From: Ginglymostoma cirratum
Taxonomy: Eukaryota
Assembly (NCBI GenBank): GCA_024137785.1
Contig: JAHRHZ010000282.1
Span: 557,138 to 621,137, forward strand
Length of the DNA stretch: 64,000 nt
Direction: 5' to 3'
In this document: in pieces, positions 52,710 through 64,000 of the stretch
Layout: each line of letters starts with the position of its first letter
Position numbering within the stretch: the first letter of the stretch is position 1
Program-made: the position numbers and the translations under genes
The notes under the pieces: model-generated
The model's database searches: none
What the model was told of the DNA's origin: nothing
Seen by the model: the letters and a program-made list of their open reading frames with translations, nothing else

Positions 52710-53240
52710 GCACACACGAAACTATGGGGTGAATTTGTATTTTCAGATATATTCTATTTTATTCAAAGTGCACACAATTTATAGATAGCCAGTCAATGTG
52801 ACGTTTTATAAATTCCTACTTTCGAAGCAAAAGCAGTCTGACTCCAAACCAGAACACAAATAGATTTTAAACAAGTTCTCACACCTAACATGCATTGTCT
52901 GAACGAAAATGTCTCCTCATCTTTACATTGACAAAACTTTTTGATCTCTCAGGACCGTCACTTGAAATGAATTTGGGAATTTATATATACATATTAATCA
53001 ATGAAAATTTCTAACTGATTAAAGGTTAATAACATCCTAGGTTTGTTGAAGACATCCCCATCAATGCTCTGACAGTTTGATCTTTTACATAGAAAGTCTG
53101 TGAATGATACTACCTCTCTCACTAGCACCTGAAGAAGGAGAGAGCTCCGAAAGCTTGTTTTCAAAAAAACTGTTGGACTATCTCCAGGTTTTGTGTGATT
53201 TCTGACCTTATTCACCAGAGTCGAACACCAGCACCTCCGA
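52020..53240 (+). mobile_element. Penelope-like element with an inverted 5' piece
   Basis: Plus strand LKVWKDALIGTGYDAQFIDRHFQRATA, minus strand NSANIVYLIRCRQGC (GIY-YIG). Has a CA tract and the same 3' terminus as the 16-17 kb copy. Confidence 0.75.
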
Positions 53241-56200
53241 GTGAATTATGCAGTTTATTTTCACACTTCCTCTGGGAAACAGTTGGGTGACTGTTTGACA
53301 ATGTATCCATTTGGATACGGCTGGGGGTGCGCTTGACCAGTTGACTGCTCATTGCACATTGTAGCTACATCTGTGCACGCTTCTACAACACACGCCAAAA
53401 GACAGGATCTCGACCCTCCTTGATCACTCAGAGTCCAATTTGTCTACGTATAGGGTTGTTTTCAAACGTGGCACGCCTCAGAGCATTTTAACGTTGCAGT
53501 TGAGAGGTAGAGAAATTGCTAAAACTCGTCGAGGTTTGGAGTTTGACCTGTTTTGCCTTCGCCACTGTTGTGTTCACTGCTGCTGCCAACACTTGCAGAA
53601 AATATAGCCGCTTATTGTACTGGCATATAAACAACTTAGAGACACTGCTACTTCTGCGTCAACATCTGAGCAGAATAGTTGAGTGATAGAATCGCTGGAG
53701 CATGAATACTAGGAAAAAGCAAGTGTTAACCAGAAATGAAGAGAGTGATGGGTATTCAGAATTCGGATTGAAACGATTTGGGAAATGATTTTTTTGTCAA
53801 CTATTATCTATCAGGAATGTATCAAGTTCAATGCACATAACGATTACCAAAATTGTTAATGTTAGAGGGGAGGCTGGTGCATGAAGACATCCTTTCTAAA
53901 CATCGCAATAAGTAATCTGTTTTTATTTCTTTGGATGTTGTCACCTAATTTTCGTGTGTTTCTCGTCCTGCTGCAAGACTGATGCATGGTAATCTGCCAG
54001 TTATTTAATAGAAACACCTCCAAGTGGGCAATAGTGAGCCAACTTCCATAACGAATATTTTCCCTGTTAGAGTGTCATCATCGTCAGTTTATTCTTCCAA
54101 AATCTTTGCAACAATTTGAGAAAGATCAAGAAGAGTATGTAACTTCATGTACGGATGTAACTGGCGCTTTAATACGTTTCATGGAAAACATTGAAAAGCG
54201 AGGTATCTCCAAGACACTAACAAATTTCTCACCTCATATACACCAGAGTCTCACTGGCTCACCTTTAGACACATGCATCGTCTCTAGACTGACTATAGTT
54301 CACATATCGATCTATTCCACCGATTTGTAGACACGGTGACTTGCTCCAATTCACATTCTGTGGGAGATTTTCTCCATTATTTAATCTAAGTGGGGCATTC
54401 TACAAATTATCATTTTATCTCATTCAGGAGCCCTGCAGGAACTTTAATAAAAAGAAAATACTGCAGATGCTGGAAACCTGTAATAAAAGCATTAAGAAAG
54501 TTCTTGGAATTCATCAGGTCTGACATCATCCATGGAGAGAGAAAGAGGTTTAACATTTTGAGTCCAATGACTCTTCTGGCGACCAGTTCTGTTCATTCTA
54601 TGCTTGTGCGTTGGCACTGGTTCAACAGCGGATGGAGGCATTGTATTATTTTAATCTCGAGAGGGAAAAAGAGGGGTTGTGGCATTGACACATTTAAAAA
54701 ATTCAACCTCTTAGACCAAGTTTCTTTAGTATTACCGACAGAAATGCGCACACGAATATAAACAAAGAGATAGACATTGATGGGCAAATATGTATGCATA
54801 CATGTAAAGATGCTCAAAAGTGAGCACACACACAGAGAAACAGAGAAATGCACACAGATTCACAAATATTTGTACACACGGAGAGATGTCCACACAAATA
54901 GAAGCTACAGACGTAATAACACACACAGACATACACAGAGATGCACCCAGAGCTTCACAAATGTTTACAAAATCACACAGAGACACACAATTACAGGCAT
55001 ACAAAGCTACAAGTCCTATACAGTTTCCTTTCAAAGATTCTATGAGAAACTGCACCGCTGAACAGATCTGCAGCACATTCCGGATTTTATTACATATCAA
55101 TTCTTTAAATTAACATTGTTTTCCATCATCTTTTGGAATTTGGAATGTTCCTTTTGTGGAAGCAGATATGTGTGATCTGCTGCATAAAAGTTTATCATTT
55201 GAATGAACTCAGTTCCGTTTCTTATAACTGCCTTGCTAAAATACGAATAAATTCAGTCACGTATTAAAATCCTCTGACCTAGTATCTAGAGATTTAATGA
55301 TATCCAATGCCTAGTGATTCTTTCTAAACAGCAGTTCCTTGAATTTTGAAAAGTGATTTATTAAGGCTGGCAATTATGTGGGATTAACATCAACAAAATA
55401 AGTTTAACTCTGATGATTTCCAATAAACCTATTGCTGAACAACTCTTTAAATTCGCTTTCTTCGCTCCAAGAGAAAGGTCTGACTGCCGGAACATTGCTG
55501 TTTGTGTCGTTCACCTCTCCAATCACTTGCAGACCTGTGTAATGTCAGCTCTGTGAACACAACTCAATTGGAATCGTCCCAGTGTAGAAGACAAAAAGAC
55601 AGGCTATGTAATGTCATCAGAGAAACGACAATCATTCCTCCTCCTTTCTTAATATTTGAAGACATTTGTAATTGAGTGACAGACCAGCTGTAACTCAAAC
55701 TTGAAATGCACTTTGAAGCAAAAAACTATCAGACCAGACAATTTTGCAATCCAGTCTGAGATAATCGTTTTGAAGAGGGATGAAATGCTGTTTTATTTAT
55801 TCTTAAACCGTCTTTCAGAAACTGTTCTCCACGTCCCTCAATGCCCCCTCCCGCTGTATACCGTATTGGTTGAGGACTGCAGTGATGCTGCTGCTGTGTG
55901 CGAGATATAAATTGAAAGAAGATCATTTTAATCCAATATCCTGAAGAACATTCTCTCATATTACAGGATGCCCTGAGCTAACATTATGCTCTACAAGGAG
56001 ATGTTTTAACACCTGCCTCTCGAGAATTCGCTCCCAGTGAACATAATCAAGCTCAAGCCACAATAATGCCTTCAAATCAGGAATGCTTATATTGTCTGGG
56101 ATGGTCTTGAAGCAGTTGTGCGGTTATTGTAGAGGCTAACAGTGGTTCAAGATTATCATCAGAAGACAATTAACAAATGTTGGAAAAGGCAAACAGTTGA

Positions 56201-56968
56201 GGTAAGTCTGTGCTCGAGAATGAAAATTTAAAATTCCTACTTTGTGAAACGTGCTCATTTTATAAACATGCCTCTGACGCAGAGCCCTTCTGATGAAGTA
56301 ATCTCTGTATCGTAACTGTGCACAAAGGGACCTACAGGCAGAGAGTAATGGTGGAGAAAGAAATGCACAATAAATTGCACAGGCATACAAAATGATAAAA
56401 TGAAACTAAACATACATAAATGTGCCACATATTAATTTGTAAGATGTATTGTTTGAGTAATTGCAAGTTAAGTTAAAAAGAAACGCAATTTCTCTGCCGT
56501 TTTCTTACATGTTCTTGTTGAGTGTTATGATTTTCTTTCGGATTTCTTTCATGATTCTTTGCCTCATCATGTGGTTGCATTATTGTTTCGGTTTAGCGAT
56601 GCAACAGCTTCAGGAAAAGGTGATCAACATCATTAAAGATCCGTGACACCCTAGTAATGAACTGCATCAACCTCTTCTGTCAGGCAGAAGATACAGAAGC
56701 CTGAATATACTAACAAGCAGGTTCAGGAACAGCTTCTTTCAAGCCGTTATCAGACTGTTGAATGGACACTAGTCTCGAGTAGTCTAATCTGCAATGTAAC
56801 CTGTACGCTTGCAAATCTTTTTGATCTGTACAGTCTTTGCTTGCTGTGATCAGCCTGTTCCACTTGTGATGAAAGATTTTTAGTGTATTTCAGTACACGT
56901 GACACTAAAATTAATCAATCTAATCAAAGCAAATCAATCATATCGACATCATTGGAACTCTCAGGATG

Positions 56969-57436
56969 GGTTTTTGTGCAGGGATTGCTGTATCTACAGC
57001 AGTGTGGGTGATGTGGCACAGAAATACACGGCACTGTTGTAGAGAAAAGCCATAGCAACATTTAAAGGAAACGTATTGTTTTCTTTGCACAAATTAGCAA
57101 ATTAGTCTTGAAAATCTTGAAACGTTGCTCCCCTCCCCGTTATGCATGCTTCTACTGAATATCTCGGAATTTCCCCAGGATACTGAATACACCAGAACAC
57201 AGTTCGAACAGAATTTGTCGAGTAACTGAAGTTCAGTGTTATGTTCTGTCGTTCCAGAAACATTACTTCTTGTAGATTCTGGAAAACTGTATCTTCACCA
57301 TTGGTCCCTGCAACAAAGTACAATCTATCAAATGTTTGGGAGAGAATACAACTCATGGAGCAGACAATGAACATTTAAACGTAGACTCACCACGCAGCAC
57401 AACCAGTATTATTAGTAAGGAGCAAAGGGGGCACAT
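56969..57436 (-). pseudogene. TCR alpha/delta V pseudogene (leader 57436-57391, V exon 57307-57007, RSS 57006-56969)
   Basis: Leader MCPLCSLLIILVVLR with GTGAGT donor. V reads GTNGEDTVFQ...ITLNFSY (Cys to Phe)...VFWCIQYPGE...QD*...NSAVYFCATS with an in-frame TAA. RSS is CACACTG-22bp-ACAAAAACC. Confidence 0.9.
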
Positions 57437-57984
57437 GGTGCTTCTTCTAGATTTACACAGTAATAGCAAAATCTATAAAATATGTTGACAGCCACAATCT
57501 GGCATGTAGCAGTGAAGTCAAATCAGCGCATATTTCGCTCCAGTGGAAACAGGGAGACGATTCCTAAGAAACAAAATTGGTTAATTGCTCAGACATGACA
57601 AAGGTTGGACACCAATCACTGTTGCTTCTCTGGTTGTTTCTGCGTCTCCCTGGTCTGTATTTCTTTGTATCTGCAGACTTCCTTTCTCCTGGATGCCTGT
57701 CTGACTCTTTCAGTTGTTGGGGTCCGTGAATTTGCATACTATTTCTGAAAGTATATCTCCTTCTACTGGAAATACAAAGTTCTGAAAATCCTATTTCTCC
57801 AAATATCCTATTTCAAACTGTACTGCAAAGTACTCCGTGAATGAAAGTAGTTACAATATAAAAAAAAATCATCCCACCTCTGATGCAAGATTAACATAGA
57901 AGCTACTGCACCGAAATTCTCAGTATCCAGGAAGAATGTGAATCAGGTTCTAAACTACATTGTTTATTTTTGCAATCAATGAAA

Positions 57985-59200
57985 ATAGAACACAGAGCAT
58001 AGATTAGTACACCAAAGTACAGGCGCTTCTGCCCACAATGTTGTGCCGACCTGTTATCCTACTCTAAGACCAAACTGCCCTGCATACCGCACATTTTACT
58101 ATCATCGATGTGCCTATCCAAGAGTCCCTTAAATGTGCCTAATGTATCTGACTCCACTATCACCGCTGGCAGCGCATTCCACTCACCCACCACTCTGTGG
58201 GCAAAAACCTAGCTCTTACATATGCCCTGTACCTTCTGTTAATCACCTTAAAATTATGCCCCCTTGTAATAGTCATTTATACCCTGGGAAAAAGGTCTCT
58301 GGCTATCCACTCTATATGCCTTTCATTATCTTGGACACCTCTATTCAGTCACCTTTCATCCTTCTTTGCTCCAAAGAGAAAAGCCCTAACTCCCTCAACC
58401 TTTCCTCATAAGACCTGCCCTCCAGCCAAGGCACCATCCCTTTGTGGGATCTTTGGGCTTCGACCCGAGGATCCCTCTGTTCCTCCACAATGCCAAGAAT
58501 CCGCCCATTAACCTTGTATTCTGCATTCAAATTCGACCTTCCAAAATGAATCACATCCCACTTTTCCAAGTTGAATTTCATCTGCCACTTCTTTTCCCAG
58601 CTCTGCATCCTGTCAATGTCCTGTTGCAACCGACAACAGTCCTACACACTTTCCACAACTCCACGAACCTCTGTGTCATCAGCAACCTTACTAACCCACC
58701 CTTCCAATTCCTCATCCAGTCATTTATAAAGATCACAAACAGCAGAGGTCCCAGAACAGATCCCTGCGGAACACCACTGGTCACGGAGCTCCAGGATGAA
58801 AACTTTCCATCTCCTATCACCCTCTTTCTTCTATTGGACCAACAATTTTGTATCCAGGTAGCCAAATTTTCCTGGATCCAATGTTTCCTTAATTTCTGAA
58901 TAAACCTACCATGGGGAACCTTACCAAACGCCTTTTGAAAACCCATAAACACCTCATCCACTGCTCTAACTTCGTCAATGTATTTTGTCACATCCTCAAA
59001 GAATCCACTACGACTTGTGAGGCATTACCTGTCCCTCACAAAACTATGTTGACTATTTCGAATCAAACTGTGCTTTTCCAAGTAATCATAAGTGCTATCT
59101 CGCAAAATCCTTTCCAAAAATTTGCCCAACATAGAAGTAAGACTGATTGGTCTGTAATTACCAGGGTTAACCCTATTCCCTTTCTTCAACAAGGGAATAG
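57985..59200 (-). mobile_element. CR1 LINE fragment with internal deletion
   Basis: [12 protein letters not shown]...[22 protein letters not shown]; [11 protein letters not shown]; SYEERLRELGLFSLE. Confidence 0.88.
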
Positions 59201-59984
59201 CACAGATCGGAGTTTTGTCGCGACTTTGGTGTTTTCACTTGCTTAAAACCAATATAACTTGGCAGCGATGCCTACATGATTAAGTATAAAGAAGGGGAAA
59301 ATGAGGTTTCAAATTGTAGTTGACATTATTTCTGCGTATAAATTTATTTGGAGTGAAGAATGTCATGATAGGAATCATAACAAGAAGAACGAAGTATAAT
59401 TTTAAAAATAGTTTCAGAAACTTGTCAATTTAGAGATTTTTCAGGCAAAGACTATTTCCCTCATGTTATTAGAAAAGGGAACTCCATCCTCCTATTTGTG
59501 TCTCACTTCAGATCATCACGGAAGCGTACCAGGTTAGACATCCACCCGAGATGAATTAGTAACCTGAATTCATAATCTCTATCTTGATCACAGAAATTAA
59601 GAATCCGAATTTAGTTATTTTGATAAATATCTGGAATTAGAGCCAATATTTGAAAGAAGTACGAATTGGGAATAACTCCATTTAATTCAAAATATTGCAC
59701 TGGAAAATAAACCTATTGTTCATTCTGATTTATTTTGGACTTATTACCCTCAGGTTCAAGTTGAACTGCAAGTTTCCCTCTAAATCAGCCTTTTTATTTA
59801 TGCAGTGATGAAGAACTATAAACAAACAGAATGCAGCAATTCAATTTGCTTGATGCTTCCAGGAACCTCACGTTTCGACAGCTCATTCCAATTATTCGTT
59901 TGCACAATCCGAGTGTTTTACTTTGACCCTTGAACTTTAAATAATTGAAATCTTATTATTTACTAACGGCATGGTTTTAAAAAA

Positions 59985-61514
59985 GGTTTTTATTTGGCAG
60001 AAGATTCGTGTGTCCTATTTTCTCTGTGAAAGAGAGCATTTCCTGCTGTTGCACCATATAGCACATTTTCGCACACACCAGAAAGGCAACATTAAAAATG
60101 AAGAGCTGGACAGACCTTGCTCTACCTCTACAGAGTAGAATGTGGAGAGGAATAAAAGAACCAGACGGAGCAACGTCATGATTTGGAGAGGAAGCGAAAT
60201 GGAAGAGTGCATGATGTGGAGAAAGATGGAGCAAAACACATAAGCAGAAAGACAGAGACACGGTTAAAAAAAAAACTTAGTAGGAAACAGTGCTAAACAT
60301 AAAACGGGAGCCAAACAGAAAGCGAGTGGAGTGAGGGATACGGAATATGGAGGAGAGGAAATCAGAATGCAGATATGGAAGCAAGAGGACAAAGAAAGTG
60401 GTAAACAAAAAGTGGAACACAATCCAAAACAGAAATGGTGACTTATAGAGGACCGAGATAAAGCAATAGGAAGAGAGAAAGAAACAGAAGTATAGAAATG
60501 GGTAATGTATTGGAGATGGAGAGATCGATAAATTGATATTGGGGAGACAGAAAAAGAAATATGGAGAGAAGTACAACGAAAATTGAGAGAGAAAAATAAA
60601 AAAAGATGTTTAAAGTGAAACAGATGGGTAACTGTGAAATGAAATGAAAAGTAAATGTAGCATTCAAGGAAAGAGAATGGAAGAAACAGACAGATGGAAA
60701 AAGACTGAGAGTGACTAAAAGTCGGGGTAAAGAGTTGCAGAAAGATCGAGAGAGAGAGAAAGAAAGACAACAATAGAGATAGAAATACAAAACAAAACTT
60801 GATAGTAAGAGAAGCTTTAAATCGAAGTTAAGGAGCCAGTACAATAGCAAAATGTATAAAAATTGGGAGAAAGGGTGTGACAGAGATGGCCATGAAATTA
60901 AAGTGGCCAAAGAAGACAAGAGAGAGGGAACCCAAAAAGAGATCATGAAGAGGTAGTGAAGGTAGAGGAGCGGATTGAGAAAAACAGACAGAAGAAGAAA
61001 TGGAGGGAGAAATCAGATAAATATTAATAGGTAAAGTGTAAACGAAATGGAAAAAGTCTGCAAATAGAAAGAAGTGTAACTGAGTTAACATGACGAATAG
61101 GAGCGAAAAGGGAGAAAATAGAAAAAGGTCAAGTGAAACGAAGAGCAGACTTGGTGATTTCACAAGAAGCAGATTAAATATGTTTCAATAGCTAACATTG
61201 GGATGACTTCATATCCATTCGCTGCTTTGGAAACAATTTCAGCATCGCTGTTACATAAAAGCTGTGCTGGGGTTACTTTCTGTTTTGCATGTTTCATGAC
61301 AAGTGCACAGAATGAATAAGAAGGACTAATTTCTCCCGCGTTGGAAACCTTTTTCAGTATCACTCTGTTTCTCTACGCCTTTCCTGAAGGCACTAATTGC
61401 TGAGCAAAGGAGTAATGAGCCGATTGTTTCTTTTTGCAAAGCTGTAGACTTACCATTTGATTGAATGTTGCCTTGTATCGCTGTCCAGAACAAACCAATC
61501 ACCAGAAGGACCAT
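59985..61514 (-). pseudogene. Possible highly decayed V gene (intact-looking leader 61514-61454; V split by a low-complexity block)
   Basis: Leader MVLLVIGLFWTAIQGNIQSN with GTAAGT donor. Weak FR1-like AQLLC near 61260, FR3-like RSVQLFIFNV near 60100, and CACAGAG-28bp-ATAAAAACC at 60028-59985. Confidence 0.4.
60150..61150 (+). repeat. Purine-rich (GA/AAG) low-complexity block of about 1 kb
   Basis: Strong A/G bias on the plus strand, which produces spurious F/L/S-rich ORFs on the minus strand. Confidence 0.85.
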
Positions 61515-61964
61515 GTTCAGTAAATCACCCCATCTTTTGAAGAATAACCATTTTAGGAGGATGCAATTTTGTTTCAATTCCTCCATCGTTTGTCTCGAAA
61601 CATTTTGTGGTTTATATTTTTAATTTTATGTTACCGCTGTAACTAGGTTAAACCTTAAGTTAAAAATAAGACAAGTCTATCAGTTCAGATCACCAATGTC
61701 TCATTTATTACATTTAATTAGAACATAGAAATATCCATGTATTGATCTAAATTATACGAAAGAATTGGATCTTTCCTGAACTCGTTCTTAAAATAAATGG
61801 CATATTTCAGCCGAAAGTTTTAAATGAATGACTCATGGACCGAGCCCAGCACATTGAATTCAACTTTTGATTTGATAGACACTGGACGAATTAAACTATT
61901 GACTTTCCTTTACACCACGGTATGTCTCAGTGGAGATAATGTAGAAGACAATGAAAGTGCTCTA

Positions 61965-63390
61965 AGGTTTTGGAGTAGATTTATAGCTCGAGTTGTGGAT
62001 GTTGAGTTGGTTGGCTCGGCAAGCTGGTTTCTTGTTTCGCAGTCTCTTCGTTACCATGCTGGGTAACATCCGCAGTGCAGCCTCCGATGAAGCGTCGGTG
62101 TGTTTTACCGCCTGAATTTTAAACTCTGGAGTCCATTGAGTTGGATTGCCTCATTTCCGGTTTTCCCTTGTAGTGGAATGTGTACGGGATCAAGTCCAAT
62201 GTGTTTATTAATAGCATGCTTCGTATAGTGCCAGGCTTCTAGGAATTCTCGTGCCTGTCTCTGTCTAGCTTGTGCCAGGATTTTGGTATTGTACCAGTCG
62301 AAATGGTCGTTCTCCTTGTCCATGTGGATTGAGATGAGTCAGTATTGATCGTGTCATTTTGTAGCCAGTTGTTGCTCATGTACCCTTGTTGTTAGTTTCT
62401 TTCCGTTTGTCCGATGTAGTGTTTCTCACAGTCTCTGCAGGGAATCTGGTAGATGAAATTCGTCCTGTCCATGGCGGGGAGCGGGTCTGTAGTTGTCGTA
62501 GGGTTGACGTGGGCTTGTGTGCCACTCTGATGCCCAGCAGTCGTAGGAGTCTTGTGGTGAGTTCTGATGTTTTCCTGATCTAGGGTAGTGTGATGAGTGT
62601 GTTGGGGCATGTATTATGTTCCTGGTGTTGTTCGTGTGGGCATCTTCTGACTCAGTTTTTTGGATATCCATTATCCTTGAAAACCTGGAAGAGGTATTCT
62701 TCTTCTTGGAGTAGTTCCGTGTTGCTGCAATGTGTTTTTGCCCGTTTAAATAGTGTTTGCACGCAGCTTCGTTTGTGTGTGCTGGGATGGTTGCGATTGA
62801 AGTACAGTACCTGGTCCGTGTATGTGGCTTTTCCGTGTGCTTTCGTTTGCAGTTCCCCATTTGTCTTGCGCTCTACCATGACGTCCAGGAATAGGAGCTC
62901 TTTGTTCTTCTCCCCCTCACTGGTGAATTTTATTCTGGTGAGCGTGTTGTTTATAATTATGCGTGTCTCCTCTAATTTGGTCCGTTTAATGATGACAAAG
63001 ATATCGTCCACGTAGAGTATCCATAGTTTAGTTTGGATTCGTGGAAGGGCCGTCCTTTCTTGTCTTTGCATCACTGCCTCTGCTATGAGTCCAGAGATAG
63101 GTGATCCCATGGGTGTCCCTTTGATTTGTTCGTATGCTTGGCCGTTGAAGGCGAAGTGGGTAGTGAGTCATTGGTCGAATAGTTTGAGCATGTTGTCTGT
63201 GGAGGTGATTTCACTGGGGTCTTCCTGTTGTTCCAATAGTGTTGCCATTGTTTTCCTTGCTAGTTTTATGTCTATTGAGGTAAATAGGGCAGGGACATCA
63301 AAAGATATCATGGTTTCTTCATCGTCTATCCTTATGTCTTTGATGAAGTTGAGGAATTCTTGGGCTGAATGGATTGAGTGGGGTGACTTG
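61965..63390 (-). mobile_element. Penelope-like retroelement (RT plus GIY-YIG endonuclease), 5'-truncated
   Basis: ISFDVPALFTSI; MGSPISGLIAE...YVDDIFVII; YQIPCRDCEKHYIGQT; AREFLEAWH. Frameshifted. Confidence 0.9.
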
Positions 63391-64000
63391 TCACCAGGTC
63401 TAGCCTGCATGTGACTCCAGGCTCACAACCATGTGGTTGACTTTTAACTGCCCTCTTTGCAATTAGGGTTTAGCAATAAATGCTGCCTAACCAGCAAAGC
63501 CCTAACCTTGTTAATGTATAAAGGGGAGAGAAAAAGATGCTTTGCTGTGAGATGGTTAAAATCCTAAATTTTAAATCCCAAAGGATTTTAGTGAACCAAC
63601 TGGAATTCTCCTGACAACTGTTTCGTGTTCATTATTAATTCTTAATCCGGTATGCTTTTGTTGATTTCAATTCAACCATAGCATCATTCGAATTTTTTTT
63701 CCGAGAAAGTTAGCTTGCCGCTGGATTATTAATACAGCGATAATACCACGAGGACATAGCCTCCTTTTATGGTCCTGAGAAAGTTGAAATTTATATATAT
63801 GATGTCAGAGATACTGACAGTTAAGTTTAAGGTTGAGTACAGTGATTCAAGAAATGGGATCTGAGGATATGTATTCTGAAATGGAGACTTTGTGGGGCCG
63901 TAGGGATTTTAGTGTGAAGTGGAATTAATGGACTTGTTGTGCCTGGGCAGTACGGGAGGCATTGAAATTCAATTTGAATTCTATAAATATCTGGAATTAA

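Noticed and set aside
53240-53325. HCQTVTQLFPRGSVKINC, a V FR1-like peptide on the minus strand
   Set aside because: Too short, FR1 spacing is wrong and there is no leader. The nearby V relic already has its first Cys. It cannot be supported without a search.
60264-61163. Long hydrophobic ORFs resembling membrane proteins
   Set aside because: Artefacts of the purine-rich low-complexity block.

Overview
Eukaryotic, repeat-rich DNA from a cartilaginous fish (shark; inferred from the SINE, CR1 and Penelope families and the receptor gene type). The window is part of a T-cell receptor alpha/delta variable region. On the minus strand (12084 to 7946) is a complete, apparently intact NAR-TCR cassette: leader, IgNAR-like V, D flanked by two 12-bp RSS, J, then an intron that splices in frame to a leaderless supporting TCR-delta V with a CDR1 cysteine. 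Directly 3' of that supporting V is a tandem ladder of about six recombination signal sequences (RSS), the most unusual structure I found. A decayed leader appears to lie just 5' of the supporting V. Elsewhere there is one intact conventional TCR alpha/delta V (41322-42584, +) and 3-4 V pseudogenes in both orientations. Non-immune remnants are a SINE-disrupted GPR139-like GPCR pseudogene with orphan first exons and a C2H2 zinc-finger pseudogene. Mobile DNA includes a decayed Gmr1-type LTR retrotransposon (integrase before RT), Penelope-like elements with minimal hammerhead motifs, and many CR1 and SINE copies. No constant exon or TCR-delta/alpha D/J is in the window. Transposon boundaries are approximate, and all family assignments come from motif recognition without database searches.
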